Positions 29,922-42,353 of a stretch of 64,000 nt of DNA are shown piece by piece; the first letter of the stretch is position 1; each line of letters opens with the position of its first letter. Where the stretch lies: NCBI RefSeq assembly GCF_009914755.1, contig NC_060925.1; one strand, given 5' to 3'. The notes under the pieces are model-generated. The model had not been told where the DNA came from and did not search any database. It saw only the letters and a program-made list of their open reading frames with translations. This DNA comes from the human T2T-CHM13v2.0 reference genome, Homo sapiens. The position numbers and the translations under genes were made by a program.

Positions 29922-30104
29922 CAATTTTTCATTTCTATATTATCTATCTTCTTTTATAATATTTAGACCACACTGTAATTTATGTCTATGGTCTTTCTAA
30001 TTTTCATATTCACAAGCATAGACTTTAGCATTATTTGGCTGATTATGTTTGTTTGTACACATTAATAAGGTAATTACCAATTATTACTAATATATATAAG
30101 CCAA

Positions 30105-30595
30105 TGTATTAGTTTCTATTGTTGCTGTAACAAATTACCACAAACCTAATGGTTTAGAACAACACAAATTTATTACAGTTCTGGCAGACAAAAACCTGAA
30201 GAGTCTTAGGAGCTTAAAATCAAACTGTCAGCAGGGCTGCATTCCTTTCTAAAGGGTCTCTGGAAGCATCCATTTCTTTTGGCTTTCCAGCTTCTAGAGG
30301 CAGCCTGCATATGTTGGCTTGTGCATCCTTTCCCCATTTTAAAAGTGCATCTCCCCAATCTCTGCTTTTGTCATCCTTGCTTCTTTTTCTGATTCTGGGC
30401 CTCCAGCCTTCCTCTTAAAAGGACCATTTTGATTATACTGAGCCTACCCAGAACATCCAGGATCATATTCTTATCTCAAGATCCTTACTTTAGTCACATC
30501 TACAAATTCCGTTTGGTCATGTAAGTTAACATATGCACAGGTTTTGCGAATTAGAAAGCAGACATCTTTGGAAGGATATTATTTTGTCTACCACA
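30105..30595 (-). mobile_element. MLT1C/D-like solo LTR
   Basis: tgtattagtttctattgttgctgtaacaaattaccacaaac...ttgtctaccaca; near-TSD gccaa/gtcaa. Confidence 0.85.
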
Positions 30596-31140
30596 GTCAA
30601 TATACAATTTTTATTATATTTTGCCAAAAAACCATAACACAGCAGCAGTAAATATCATTAGAAGGTGTAACTCAATATAAAAAGAAACTTTCTCATAATT
30701 ATTTCTGATTAAAAGTAAACCCAATTTCTTGAATACTGTTCTACTCCCCACTATCGGAAACATATAGACAGAAGCTAGATAACCATCCATCAGCTCTGTT
30801 ATAGATTTGAAATAGAGGTTCTCTCTATTTTCTTATAATTTTAGCCATCTCTTTTGCTTTAACTTTCATAAGATAAAGACAGTAGAAACAAAAGGTAATT
30901 TACTCATTTATCTTTCAATTAAATTTGCAAAAACTAATGGAAGGGAAGATACAGAATAAATCTTAAATAAGCCATAGTGCTTGGGATGTGAAATAAGCTT
31001 ATATATTTTTGTACTTAATTTTGTGTGTGTGTCACTATATGTATACAATGAATTGCAGTGATTTTTCTCCAAGACTTTAATTCTAATTTTCAGCAAAATG
31101 AAAGCAATATACATTTTTACCTTTAACTTAACCAATTTGA

Positions 31141-31485
<345 letters not shown>

Positions 31486-33859
31486 TGAACTACATTTTTG
31501 AGAGATTGATGTGCCCCATTTCAGGATGACCTACCAAAAGTATAAGAGCATTTGGTGGTTCAACATACTCATCTTGTACATGAGGAAATGGAAATCACAA
31601 AACTTTACTGACTTGCCCAGGGCCATACAACTAGATAATTACAGAGCAGTTGTAAGTTCCCTGCTTTTCTAACTCCTAATTTGGTACTCTGTCCACAATA
31701 CTATCAACTTTTCAATATCCTATTTAGTATATGATTTTCTCTGATTTGGTATGATTTCTCTTTTCCTTAATCTCCATTTTGTATGCTAAATTAATATTAT
31801 TTAGGTTGAGTCGCTTGAGAGGGAAATAAGATCTTTTCCAATATCATTATGTACAAATAGACAAAATGCAGTCAAGCTTGTTTCTTCTTTCTCTGCAAAG
31901 TTAAGACGTAAGTAGGGAAAGAAAAAGGAGCTTAATGATGTTTTCTTGCCTTTTCCTTTCTTCTATTTATTCTTTCTAAGAAGTATTAAGATTAGTTGAA
32001 CTAAGAAGATCTTGTTCCAAAGTTGAATACCAGCAGTAATAGAAGGGTAACTAGGTCTCATATTAATTAATATAATCATTCTCTGTGTAGGGGTTGGGGG
32101 ATGTAGGAAGCAATAAAGTTAACTGAAATATTTAAATACATATTGACAAATGAATCATCATCTGTAACAACTTAAACCATCCCTGATACGTAAACAAATA
32201 GCTTTCCTCACTGTTTTTCTTTTAACTGTATTTGAATGTGCTCACCTCCATGCTACATATAAACTCATTTGTAATTTTATCAAAGTCTTATTTTATTTTT
32301 GTTTTAGAACAAATATTTAGATATGGAGTCTTACCTTGATTTGACCGACAAAGAGGTCATGAAGCTTTGGCATCAATGAGGGTTGCAATGAATAAACAAT
32401 GAATTAATTCCATTCACTTGATTCATTACCCTCAAATGTCTTCTGCTCAGTTTGGGGTCATTATATTACAATAGCTATCTCTTCAGCGTAAGCTTCGCAT
32501 TACTCTTTTTACATTTCCTTCTGCATAGTCCTTGAGTACTTTAAGATCAATCAAATGAAAGTCATTTTATTCTCTGTTTCTAGTACCCAACTTATAAAGA
32601 GTAGAATATATCTGTAGCATCTATAAATAATAAGTATAATAAGAGGTCTTTAGAGAGTCTTGAGCCAAATAATATTTCAGTTTGTTTTTACTACAGTGAT
32701 ATGTATGAAGATTTCATTATGACACAAAACTTACGTACATGTAAAAATAATGACTGTTGGTCCTGATTCCAGATAAATAATTCCCGATGCAGCCGTAAAT
32801 GTAGATCACTCCCAGAAGAGATGGCATCTTTTGTAAGTCATATTTTACCAGTGACATTTTGGTGCTAGTTAATCAACATTTCCAGTACTGATTCTCTATT
32901 TGAAGAAATCTTGCCATCTGGAATTGGTCCCTCTAGTAATATTATTTAAATCATCAAGGGGCAATTCTTCTTAATCATCTTCAACTTAGTTGGAAAAATT
33001 AATAGGCTTGTCTATTCAATTTATGTCCTCCCTTTGGGGTTATATAGATGTCTGTTTATTTGTAATATCTAAGCAACTTTATTACTGACATTTTTTCCAG
33101 AGCATTTTAACCTACAAAGTTAATCATACAAAATATTTAATTTCTGATACTATTTAGAAGTTAAAATCCAATGAATCTGACTCCACTATACTTATATTTG
33201 TTTTTAATTATTAAAAATTATTCTTGATGGTGGTGCTATGTTCTTGGAATAATGTAGTAGAAAATTGGAGGCAATATGGCTTTTCTTTATATGGCACAGT
33301 ACCATTATAAGTGTATATACTAAGATAATAATTTAAACAGAACCTTTAGATACTTAAAAAAAGGTCAGCTTTTAAAAAGAGTTGGAAAAATATAGGTAAT
33401 ATACGAATTTATCAAATAAAGCTAAGACATTACATACAATAAAAGTAGTCAAAACAACATGTACACATTAATGAAATGTTTGGACTTATAAGTCCATGCA
33501 AATGAAATGGACACTAAGAGGATATACTAACTTTGCCACCAAGCATCATGAAACACAGATAATTCACAGGAGTATTGAAGTTGCAGCAACCTAGAGAGCT
33601 ACTACAAGTCAAAAATAGCACTGAGGATAGTGGGGTGTGCAGGAAATTAACAAGAAATTTAAGGAAAGCTGATTTTTGGCGTAAGTCAAGATAAGTAACC
33701 TGGCATAAGAGTTCTAAGTCTTTAAAGGTTCTTAAACTCAGTCTTACTTCACTGCCTCAGTATCTTGTCTGATGGAAAAATGGATCAAAAACATAGATTA
33801 TATTCATGAATCATTTAACCCAGGATTTCAAGTTTATTAGGTGTTCCTTGACTTATGTA

Positions 33860-34420
33860 TTCTTCATATATTCATTTTTTCATGCAAAAAATACTTATTA
33901 AATATCTTATATCAATAAGACACTGTGCTAGCTGCTAGATAGGAAAGAATAGGATAGTGCCCAAAGCACTGAACCTGCCCTTATAATTTATTAGAAGGGA
34001 TAAAATACAATAAATGAATACATTACAATTTAGTAAGAGAGATACAATAAAATAACTACTAATAAAGTAAGAAAAGCATGTGTACACTAAATACTATTTC
34101 AAAAAGAAAAGAGTGATTAGGAATTGTTTTGCAAATTTGGGGTAGGGAGGAAATCCAATTCAACTTTTGTTCGTGAACAACTATTCTGCATCAGACACAG
34201 TACCTGTAGCTAAAGATACAAATATAAATAAAACATCATTATTTTATTCTAGGGGTTCTTAGTTTATCAGGATTATCCACTCTTGGGGTGCAAGGAATGT
34301 CAAGGAAGAATTTGTGGAAAAAGTTGTACTTGAGTTGCATCCTAAAATATAGGTAAAATTTTGACATATGGAGAAGAGGGAAAAAAGCTTTCCAGGGAGA
34401 GGCAAAACCATGAATACAAC
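33860..34420 (-). mobile_element. L2 fragments
   Basis: ttcatgcaaaaaatacttattaaatatc...agacactgtgctagctgctag and downstream L2-like sequence. Confidence 0.55.
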
Positions 34421-35925
34421 AGCATCTGCAATCTTCTCTCTAAACTTATTTTTATACTTCTGAAGGCTTGGTATGAAAATAACAGAAGGCATAGCTCTGT
34501 GATACATGCTTTACAACACCTTGTTTTTAAAGCAAAAAAGAATCAATGTTCTTGGAAAAATCAATTTTTTATTATTTCAGCAACATTTTTGAATGTTGCC
34601 ATTGAAATTACCTGGCACTGTAGATAGAGATGGTCTTATGCTATTTCTGTATTTTAGATTCCCCCAAATAATCTGCAACCTCTTATAGAAAGTAACAGAG
34701 ATAAATTAAACCTCATTATGGTATGGTGTGTAAGTATTTTTAAACATTTTTAAAATAATAGTTGTTCGTGAGTGGGGTCTATTCTAGATATTACATATTT
34801 CCTTTTGTATTTTTTTTTACCCTTCATATTATTTGCATGTTGAGTATAGAAAAGAAAAAAAATTAACTCATGAGCTACTGAGGTGGATTTGCTACTGGAT
34901 GAGTAACATCAGCAGAAATATTACAATAGCTAATTGAGGGTCAAGGTCTTTTGAAAAACTCTTTAGAAGTCTCTACTGAGAAGAGCAAGAAGATCAATAT
35001 AAGCAGAGGGACAGAGAGCAATCCAAGGGAAACAGTAGAGAAATTATATTCCTAAATGCGGTCTTTTCTCCATGACCCTCTGCCTTGATTGAGTAACTTG
35101 AGAAAATCCCTTTTCTGACCTTCCCTCCTTAATATTATTTTTGAATCTTCAAAAGAATGTAAACTACTTTCTCATTATCATAGTTTGTGAAGACATAAGA
35201 AGTCCATACTTTGCACACTGGCCATAAAAAACAGTTTTATCTGTTGGTAGATTCTTTGTTTAAATATATCTTTCCCCTATGTGATCTCTTCTCCATGATT
35301 AGTTTAAAAGTTCTTTTCTTGATGCAGTTGGGCTTTGATATTATGAAGCCACTCTTCGTGTTTTACATTTTTTCCTAAGAAACTTGTAAAATATGCCTTT
35401 TTGGATATAATTATGATGTAAACTTGTAAGGTGACAAGTTTAAATTGGAGCTTTGACCAAAATGATGGGCTGGTTTTGAGAAGCTATGCTGATAACTTTA
35501 TACAATATTCATTTTTCACAAAGCTGAGAAGAGGAAACAGCAAGAGTGAAGGAACGTGATAAGCCTTTTTTATTATTAGGAGTCCTTAATATATGGTCCG
35601 CAATAGACTTTAGATTTGGTTATAGGTTGATTGATGTAAGTGGAATATTTGCACTAAATTTTATGGTTTAAAATATGTTTTCACATGTATTAATATCATA
35701 AATAATTGTATAAGCTCCATTGCTGTTATATTATTTCATTGTTATGAAAACTGAGCTTCAGACATGTTAACTCACTACGGAAAAGTTGTACTGTTAGAGC
35801 TGAAAGCCACTTCTTATTTCATGTCCAGCTTCTGTTTTTACACTGATTTGGAAGTACAAAATTTAAAAGTGTATTTAAAATATTGTCATAATAGCATTAG
35901 TTTCGTTAAAAATATAGTTCATGGT

Positions 35926-36205
35926 GGCCGGGCGCGGTGGCTCACGCCTGTAATCCCAGCACTTTGGGAGGCTGAGGCGGCAGATCACGAGGTCAGGAGA
36001 TCGAGACCATCCTGGCTAACACAGTGAGACCCCGTCTCTACTAAAAATACAAAAAATTAGCCAGGCATGGTAGCAGGCGCCTGTGGTCCCAAGATGCTCA
36101 GGAGGCTGAGGCAGGAGAATGGCGTGAACCCAGGAGGCAGAGCTTGCAGTGAGCCGAGATTGTGCCACTGCACTCCAGCCTGGGCGACAGAGCGAGACTC
36201 TGTCA

Positions 36206-36240
<35 letters not shown>
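35926..36240 (+). mobile_element. AluY
   Basis: ggccgggcgcggtggctcacgcc...gagatcgagaccatcctggctaacac...aatggcgtgaacc; long A tail. Confidence 0.97.

Positions 36241-36272
<32 letters not shown>
36241..36272. repeat. (TA)16 microsatellite directly after the Alu poly(A)
   Basis: Direct count. Confidence 0.95.
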
Positions 36273-36273
<1 letters not shown>

Positions 36274-39200
36274 TTCGTGGTTTTTGATTGGTAAGTGGGC
36301 ATAGACTGAGTAGATTAATGACCAGTGTTAGGTGAACTAAAATGTTCAAGGACCACCATTTCAACATCATATTGTAGATTTAACCAGGGTAATGAGTGTT
36401 TACAGAGCTTTGATGTTGTCCTAATACTTGAATGCTATCAGGAAGTAATATCACTCAGATATATGGAAATGTACAGATAATCCCAGTGATTCACTGTAAT
36501 TAATTTCACATAACCTACCAAGACAACAGTCTGGTTTTGTATCTTTCCCCAGTTTCACTACTGCCAATTAAGTTGTGTTTTGTGCTTTTAAGTAAATTGA
36601 TGTTTAATTAATACTTAAGTAAATCAGATGCAAAGTCTTAGTTTCTTAGCTGAAGGTTTATCCAGTCTCGCTTTTTTCTTTATACATTTTCTTAGTACAA
36701 AAATTGAAGCTTTAAAAATAATTGCCAGTCTAAAATCCTCAAGGATGTGTCTGCCTAGAAGAGTCAGTAACAGAATATGTGCTACGTTTTATATGTAGCC
36801 TTCCCAAATAACCTTTCACATCTCTTTAATACATCCAGTAATTCTTTTCATATGGAAAACAAGTTTTTACTTTACATTTCCCTAGATGACTTTCAGTTAA
36901 ATAAAATACTTATGGCTGAAGTAGGAAACGTGTTGGTTTTCAGACATACTAGATTAATGAATGATCTCTTCAGGGGAGCAATGTTTGATAGGTGAATGGA
37001 TTGAAGCCTGAGTATATGGATTGTGTATATGAATACAGGGAGGGAAGCAGAGTGGTGAGGTGGAAAGTAGAAAATTGAAAGCTTTAAAGGCAAAACCGAG
37101 AAGATGAAAACTGCATGATACTATCCAAGGAAGCTTGTCCTCAGGTCTCACAAAGTTTATGATATTACTAACTAGACCCTACAAAAGAATTGGTTAATTT
37201 TTGATAAATGGTCAAATATTATTAAAAATTCATTCTAGAGTTTAACAAAGTTTTCAGAACATCTAGGCTCCTCATTCTATAGGTATGGGCATGAAAATCA
37301 CAGCTTCCCCAAAGTCACATCTATGTATATCATCAATAGAAGAGGTAGGGTCTAGAAATGAAGGACCTTGAATCCTCTGTTTCTCCCACTTGTGCTGCTT
37401 TCCCTCCCAACAGAGCATCAATCATCACAATTGCCACTTTGTAAAGAGAATAGTTGCAAAGCTATAAGCAGTAAGAATTTTAAAAGAAAAATGAAGAAAG
37501 GTGATACCATTTAACTGTTTCTAGTTGCCAAGAGAAAGAGTGAGAAAGAATATTTACTTCTTCCACAATAAAAGTTTAATTAGGTTAAGGAAGATGAGAA
37601 AAGATGAGACCAGGAAGCTATTTGCTCCATCAAAACATAGACAGGCTGCCTTGAACTCTTCAGTTTTTGCCACATCAGGGTTTACTGGTGCATAATTACA
37701 GGTCCTTGCCAAATGTCATCAATCCATATTTTCTGTTCTAATTTGAGTTGATCCTGTTATGAAGAGGATGTCTCTAGCGCACGAGAGAAACAGGAAAAGA
37801 CAGATTTTTAAGGCGAATTTTAAAGCAAGTAGTAATCTCAGTTTATTTCTCTTGCTTTTTTTTTTTGGCTTTTTCTCAGTTTCATTTAAAAATAGTAAGA
37901 ACAAGAACTTTAATTAGATTTATGTATGAAAGCTACACTTAGGCAGTTTAAGTCTGATTATTTTCTTTAGCAATATCAAAATTGTTATGGTATATTACAT
38001 TATGAAACATTCAACAATATAATTATTAAAATATTCCTACTGCTTATCATGCCTATAGGGCTTTAAAGCAATTATGTTATTTAGGGCAAGAGATCTAATT
38101 GCCTGGGTTGCCTTGGACAGAAACCACAGTTTGGTGATGGAGATTATTGCTGAATCATTGTTATATTTTATGTCTGTAGTGTGAGAAAGTATCATGAAGA
38201 TAAGTTTAACATATTTCTACATAAGAAGACAGTAAATGTTTCCTCAAACTCAGCACGGTTCCCCTGATAGGGCATTTTCTGATATATTTATGAGACAAGT
38301 ATGACTCATCTAAAGTTTAGCAGTCACAATGGTGTGCAGATATGGCCATGTCACCTCTTTTTAACTGTTCCCCAAATATGTAGCTGGCTCCAGTGTCAAT
38401 GTTGTGTTTGAAACCTGCACAGTCATATTTATATCCTCCTATCTTTATAGTTCAGAGCAGAGAAATTCATGGTTCTGATTCACAGGGATTACTGTTTTGT
38501 TACAATGTTCAAATAATGGTCCGCTAAAAATCTTCCTGCAACAGAAAGAAGTCCACTCTTCTACCATCAAGGTCATTACTGAAATCAATGCCTTCAGTTT
38601 AAAAGCACAGAGATGCCATCTAGCAGCCGCCCTCAGAAATTCCCTACACAGAAATAGTTCTTTCCCTATAAAATTGAGCAATAATTGAATTCCTACAGGC
38701 TTTCGGTGTTTGAAATTTTGCTTACAGAATGATGATTTGGCATGTCGTCTATAATTCAAACACTCCATTACAAATGAAATTAATTGACATCTCTTAAAAT
38801 AGGCAGTGATATACATCTGAGTTTTTCTAAAAAGAACTGGAAACTTACTAATTATACTTTAATTAATAGAAAGTATTTCAAACAAATTTCCTAAAAGAAA
38901 AATTGATCATCTGTCCCTATAAAAATACAAATAATTAATTAGTGTGGATTGCCTTCCTTTGTTGGAAAAGAATACCAATCTTGCCAATTTTTTGATACAG
39001 TAAATGAGAGAAAAGAAACTAAGTACATGCTGAAACTAAGCTCAGTCTATGAACAATGAATCTTGGCCATTTTTAAAAACCTGAAAACAATACTGACTTT
39101 CAAGTAACTTATCTTACCATAAGATGGCGATACTTAAGCACTTTATAAAATGCCATATAAGACCTGTAAGCTTCAGCGACAGAAAAAAAAAAAAAAGACA

Positions 39201-41976
39201 CACACCGCATTATAAATGTAAACATTATATAGTCTTCCATGAAATAGAATTGGCACTGTTGTTAGAAAACCCAGTTGTCTTCAGGTAAACTAATATATAA
39301 GAAGTACTTTCTAAGATGTAGATTTCCAGTATTTGATATATGTAAAATCCTATACCTAAAAAAAATCTATTCAATTTTAAGAGCTTTCCCATTTTGCCAG
39401 TTTCTGTTTATCCATGTGAGGTATATATATTATATACATATATAAAATAAACAAAGTATAACAATATAGAATAATACTTAAAATTATTTGAAAATTTGAT
39501 GATGACCCATATCACTCCAAATGTATTAGTATGCAAAAAGGCAGTTGGTTAGCATTTCTGTTCATTTAAGTGTTATCACAAATTATTTCTTATTTGTCCA
39601 AAAACTGTATTTTTTGTAGTACTATATTATTGGATTTTTAATTTTAATTTCACCATATATAATTTGCTTTATGAATCCTGACTTTTAAAATCTAAGCCCT
39701 TAAGTAACTAGTAGAATGAAAAATAAAATTTTACAAAATTCTTAGTTTATAACCTAATTGACAATTCTTTTGAGGACACAATGGTGCCATCTGTAATTTT
39801 TTGGGGGGGAGCAATATAAATATATATTATATAAATATAAATATATAATATTAATACAAAAGTAGCTTCTCTTCATTTTTTAAAGCAATGTTTTGTCTAA
39901 AAGTCCTAAAACTTTTTACAACATTAAAATTACTTGTTTTGAAAGTTTTAATATTCTCTGTAATGTCTATGATATAGAACAAATATCGTCTTTTAAAAAA
40001 ATCATCTTTTGTTCTTTGCACACTGTATTGCAGTATGTGGAAGCTGAGAAGGACAGTTTGAAAAGTTAATGTATGCCTTCCCTGGATTTTTCAGCTCATT
40101 TGTAGCAAATATCCACAGCTCATTCTGAAGAAAGTAAAAAGTTTTGTAGCATTGAATACACACAAATAAACTCACCAAAACTAGAAAAGATTATATTGAC
40201 CAAAGATGCATTGCTTATTTTAAAAATGTCTTCATATTTAACAGAAAATTATCTACATATTTAATTTTGGAAAGAAAGGGGTGCAAGCAGTGAAGATATT
40301 TATGCATCAAAGATAACAGACAAATCAAATCACACACAAAATTGTTAATGAAGCTCTACATTTCTGAATTTATTTTAAAGAAAAACAAATAAAACTCACT
40401 TTAAGTCAAGTGACTTTTTCTGCAGTAACTTAGTGATTAACTTTGCTTTTAGAAAATGTTTTACCAAGAATATTCCCAAATCATATGGAATGTATTCAAA
40501 AGTTTTAAACAATATCATATAAAAAGAGTGGCAGTGGATAGAATGTGTCACTACAGGGTGCAGAGTCAAGAAGAAAAAAAATTAAATATAAAAACAAAAT
40601 CAACACTTTTTCCTAAGTGTAAAATGCTTTAAAGCTACACCTTAGTATATAAAATATGCCTTTAAGATTATTAAGATGACATTCACACAGAGTGAAGCGT
40701 TTACATCAATAATACCAGTACAATCAAAGCTTTAAAATAAAATGAATTTATTCTCATCAGGTCCTTCTAAATATGAAAGAGTACAGAAATAATTACAAAT
40801 ATATACGACATGATTCTAAGTTTTAACTGTATACTATATTAGGCCTACAAATATCACAACCACAGTATTAAATTATGCTTGGTTACATCTTAGTTCTATT
40901 CAGTAATGAAAGGAAACTTAATTTGTCTACACTACACACATGATGTAAAGCTTTAAAAATAACTTTATAATATTCCAAAATATAGCTTGTATTAGTTTTA
41001 TAGCATGGAATCATTCTTCCTATATTGTCAAATTGCTGTTGGCCAGTTAAATAAGTAAAATAATAAATTGTATCTCTTACTCTTTTTCACCAGGTGGCTT
41101 ATCTCTTATTCCCTGTCATTATGATTTTCTTAGAAGGCTGAAGCTTTCAAATTATCTCACTTTGTCATCAAGACTTTTCTCAGACATCGTTGAAAATATT
41201 TGTCCATATTTTCCTGTCTTTTTATCAAAGGAGTTTAGCGTTCACTTTCATTGCCAGTACTAGATAATTTTCAGAGTTCAACGTCTATGAGTTAACTCAT
41301 CCTTCCTATTGCCCTCCTTAGTTTGTTAAGGTTCTCACTTCCTGTTTCTTAACACTGATAATCAGAACTTCCTCAGTGCCCCCTAATTTTCTTAATGAAA
41401 AGGAAGAAACAAACACAAGCTCCTTTCACCAACGCCTCTCAGCCATGGCAGAGAGTATAGCTCTGCTGCTCTGCCATGTGTTTTACAAGCAGCATCCCAA
41501 ATGTTTTGGACACAAACCGCAGCACGTCTGCGATGGGAGTATTATTGACCAGGATCAGCTGGAAAACGCTTCCCTGCTTTCAACAAAGAAACGGTTCACC
41601 ATGTCCTAATACATGTTTATAAATTGCATTGTTTCTACTGCAAACTCCTTTGCATTACCCGTCCGACTTCAAAAGAGAGCATTAAGCAGTTGGACACGGA
41701 ATAAGCTAAATTCCCCGGAGAGCCGCATTGCCCGCTGCCCATGCACATTATATTTTCTCCTAGTCCCTCCCCCCGCGCAGTAGGACTCTACCTTGAGGAG
41801 CTATTCCTCCGGTAGTTCACCTTGTTATGTTCCAAGCAGTGGGGATACGCCAGACACCATAAGGTAGCTGAAAGAGCTGTCTCTCGTCCCGTTTTTGACA
41901 TATTTATTTGCATTTCTGTTAGGTTTGTTACATATTGCACATTTATTTCAAACAAGACTCAAAATATTGTTCATAC

Positions 41977-42045
41977 CTTGGAAGGATCTAATCCGGCAAA
42001 CAAAGACAGCAGCAGGAGGTTGAGAAGGTTGGACGTCGCCTGCAT
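41977..42045 (-). CDS. OLFM3: OLFM3 first coding exon (signal peptide MQATSNLLNLLLLSLFAGLDPSK); partial CDS, downstream exons not found in this window
   Basis: Manual translation of the minus strand gives 23 codons from ATG (42045-42043, context AGAATGC) with an in-frame TAA 27 nt upstream. It ends at a canonical phase-0 donor AAG|GTATGA (GT at 41976-41975). The peptide matches my recollection of the OLFM3 isoform N-terminus that continues TQISPKEGW. Confidence 0.95.
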
Positions 42046-42079
42046 TCTGATCTGGGTTTTTGCCCCTCTTTACTCTCTT

Positions 42080-42229
42080 TTATGTAGGCTCTCCACTCAC
42101 TGCAGAGACCTTTCCCTCGTGCACTTTCTGCCTGCCAGTCAGAGCCGAGTGGAAGCAGAGGCGGCGGCAGCAGCAGTAGCAATAACAGCAGCAGCGGCAG
42201 CGGCGGCAGCCGCCCTGGGGGGCGATCAT
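42080..42229 (-). other. Candidate uORF2, 49 aa Cys-rich (MIAPQGGCRRCRCCCYCYCCCRRLCFHSALTGRQKVHEGKVSAVSGEPT)
   Basis: ATG 42229-42227 to TAA 42082-42080, manual translation. It is a uORF only if the TSS lies upstream of 42229. Confidence 0.45.
42155..42214. repeat. Imperfect (GCG/GCA)n trinucleotide repeat in the OLFM3 leader
   Basis: gcagaggcggcggcagcagcagtagcaataacagcagcagcggcagcggcggcagccgcc. Confidence 0.85.
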
Positions 42230-42240
42230 TCCGCAGGCAT
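42226..42240 (-). other. Candidate uORF1 (MPAE*), stop overlaps the uORF2 start (AUGA)
   Basis: ATG CCT GCG GAA TGA, A at -3. Confidence 0.45.
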
Positions 42241-42290
42241 TCTCAGAGCTAGGAGTCCGGGAGCTCTAGAGAGTGGGTTGGGCTGCAGTG

Positions 42291-42311
42291 GGCGCTGGCC
42301 GCGGTGCTGAA
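42291..42311 (-). promoter_or_regulatory. RE1/NRSE (REST/NRSF binding site)
   Basis: Minus strand TTCAGCACCGCGGCCAGCGCC versus canonical TTCAGCACCACGGACAGCGCC: 19/21 with canonical spacing. Confidence 0.9.
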
Positions 42312-42353
42312 GCGCCTCCAACCCGCGCGCCCCAGTTTACCCTCTCCCCCGCT

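Larger units (their letters stand above)
42046..42330 (-). other. OLFM3: Probable 5' UTR portion of OLFM3 exon 1 (TSS not determinable; upper bound inferred from TATA-like box)
   Basis: GC-rich sequence contiguous with the start codon; TATA-like element at ~42354-42363. Confidence 0.6.

Noticed and set aside
37690-37810. Possible cryptic exon on the minus strand (polypyrimidine tract and TAG acceptor at 37775-37774)
   Set aside because: Acceptor is plausible, but I found no convincing donor and no OLFM3-like peptide.
38445-38816. 123-aa minus-strand ORF
   Set aside because: No homology recognised and no olfactomedin sequence; consistent with a chance ORF.
41988-42210. Signal-peptide-like poly-Leu frame (LPPLPLLLLLLLLPPPLLPLG) on the minus strand
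   Set aside because: No ATG (TGA just upstream), stops at 41988 before the donor, and is out of phase at the cryptic donor; it is the third frame of the repeat.
42046-42225. N-terminal extension of OLFM3 from upstream in-frame starts
   Set aside because: In-frame stops (TAA 27 nt upstream, TGA further up) block it.
41822-42310. 162-aa plus-strand ORF with poly-Ala
   Set aside because: Starts at TTG, is antisense to OLFM3 exon 1, and stays open because of the GC-rich triplet repeat; no recognisable protein family.
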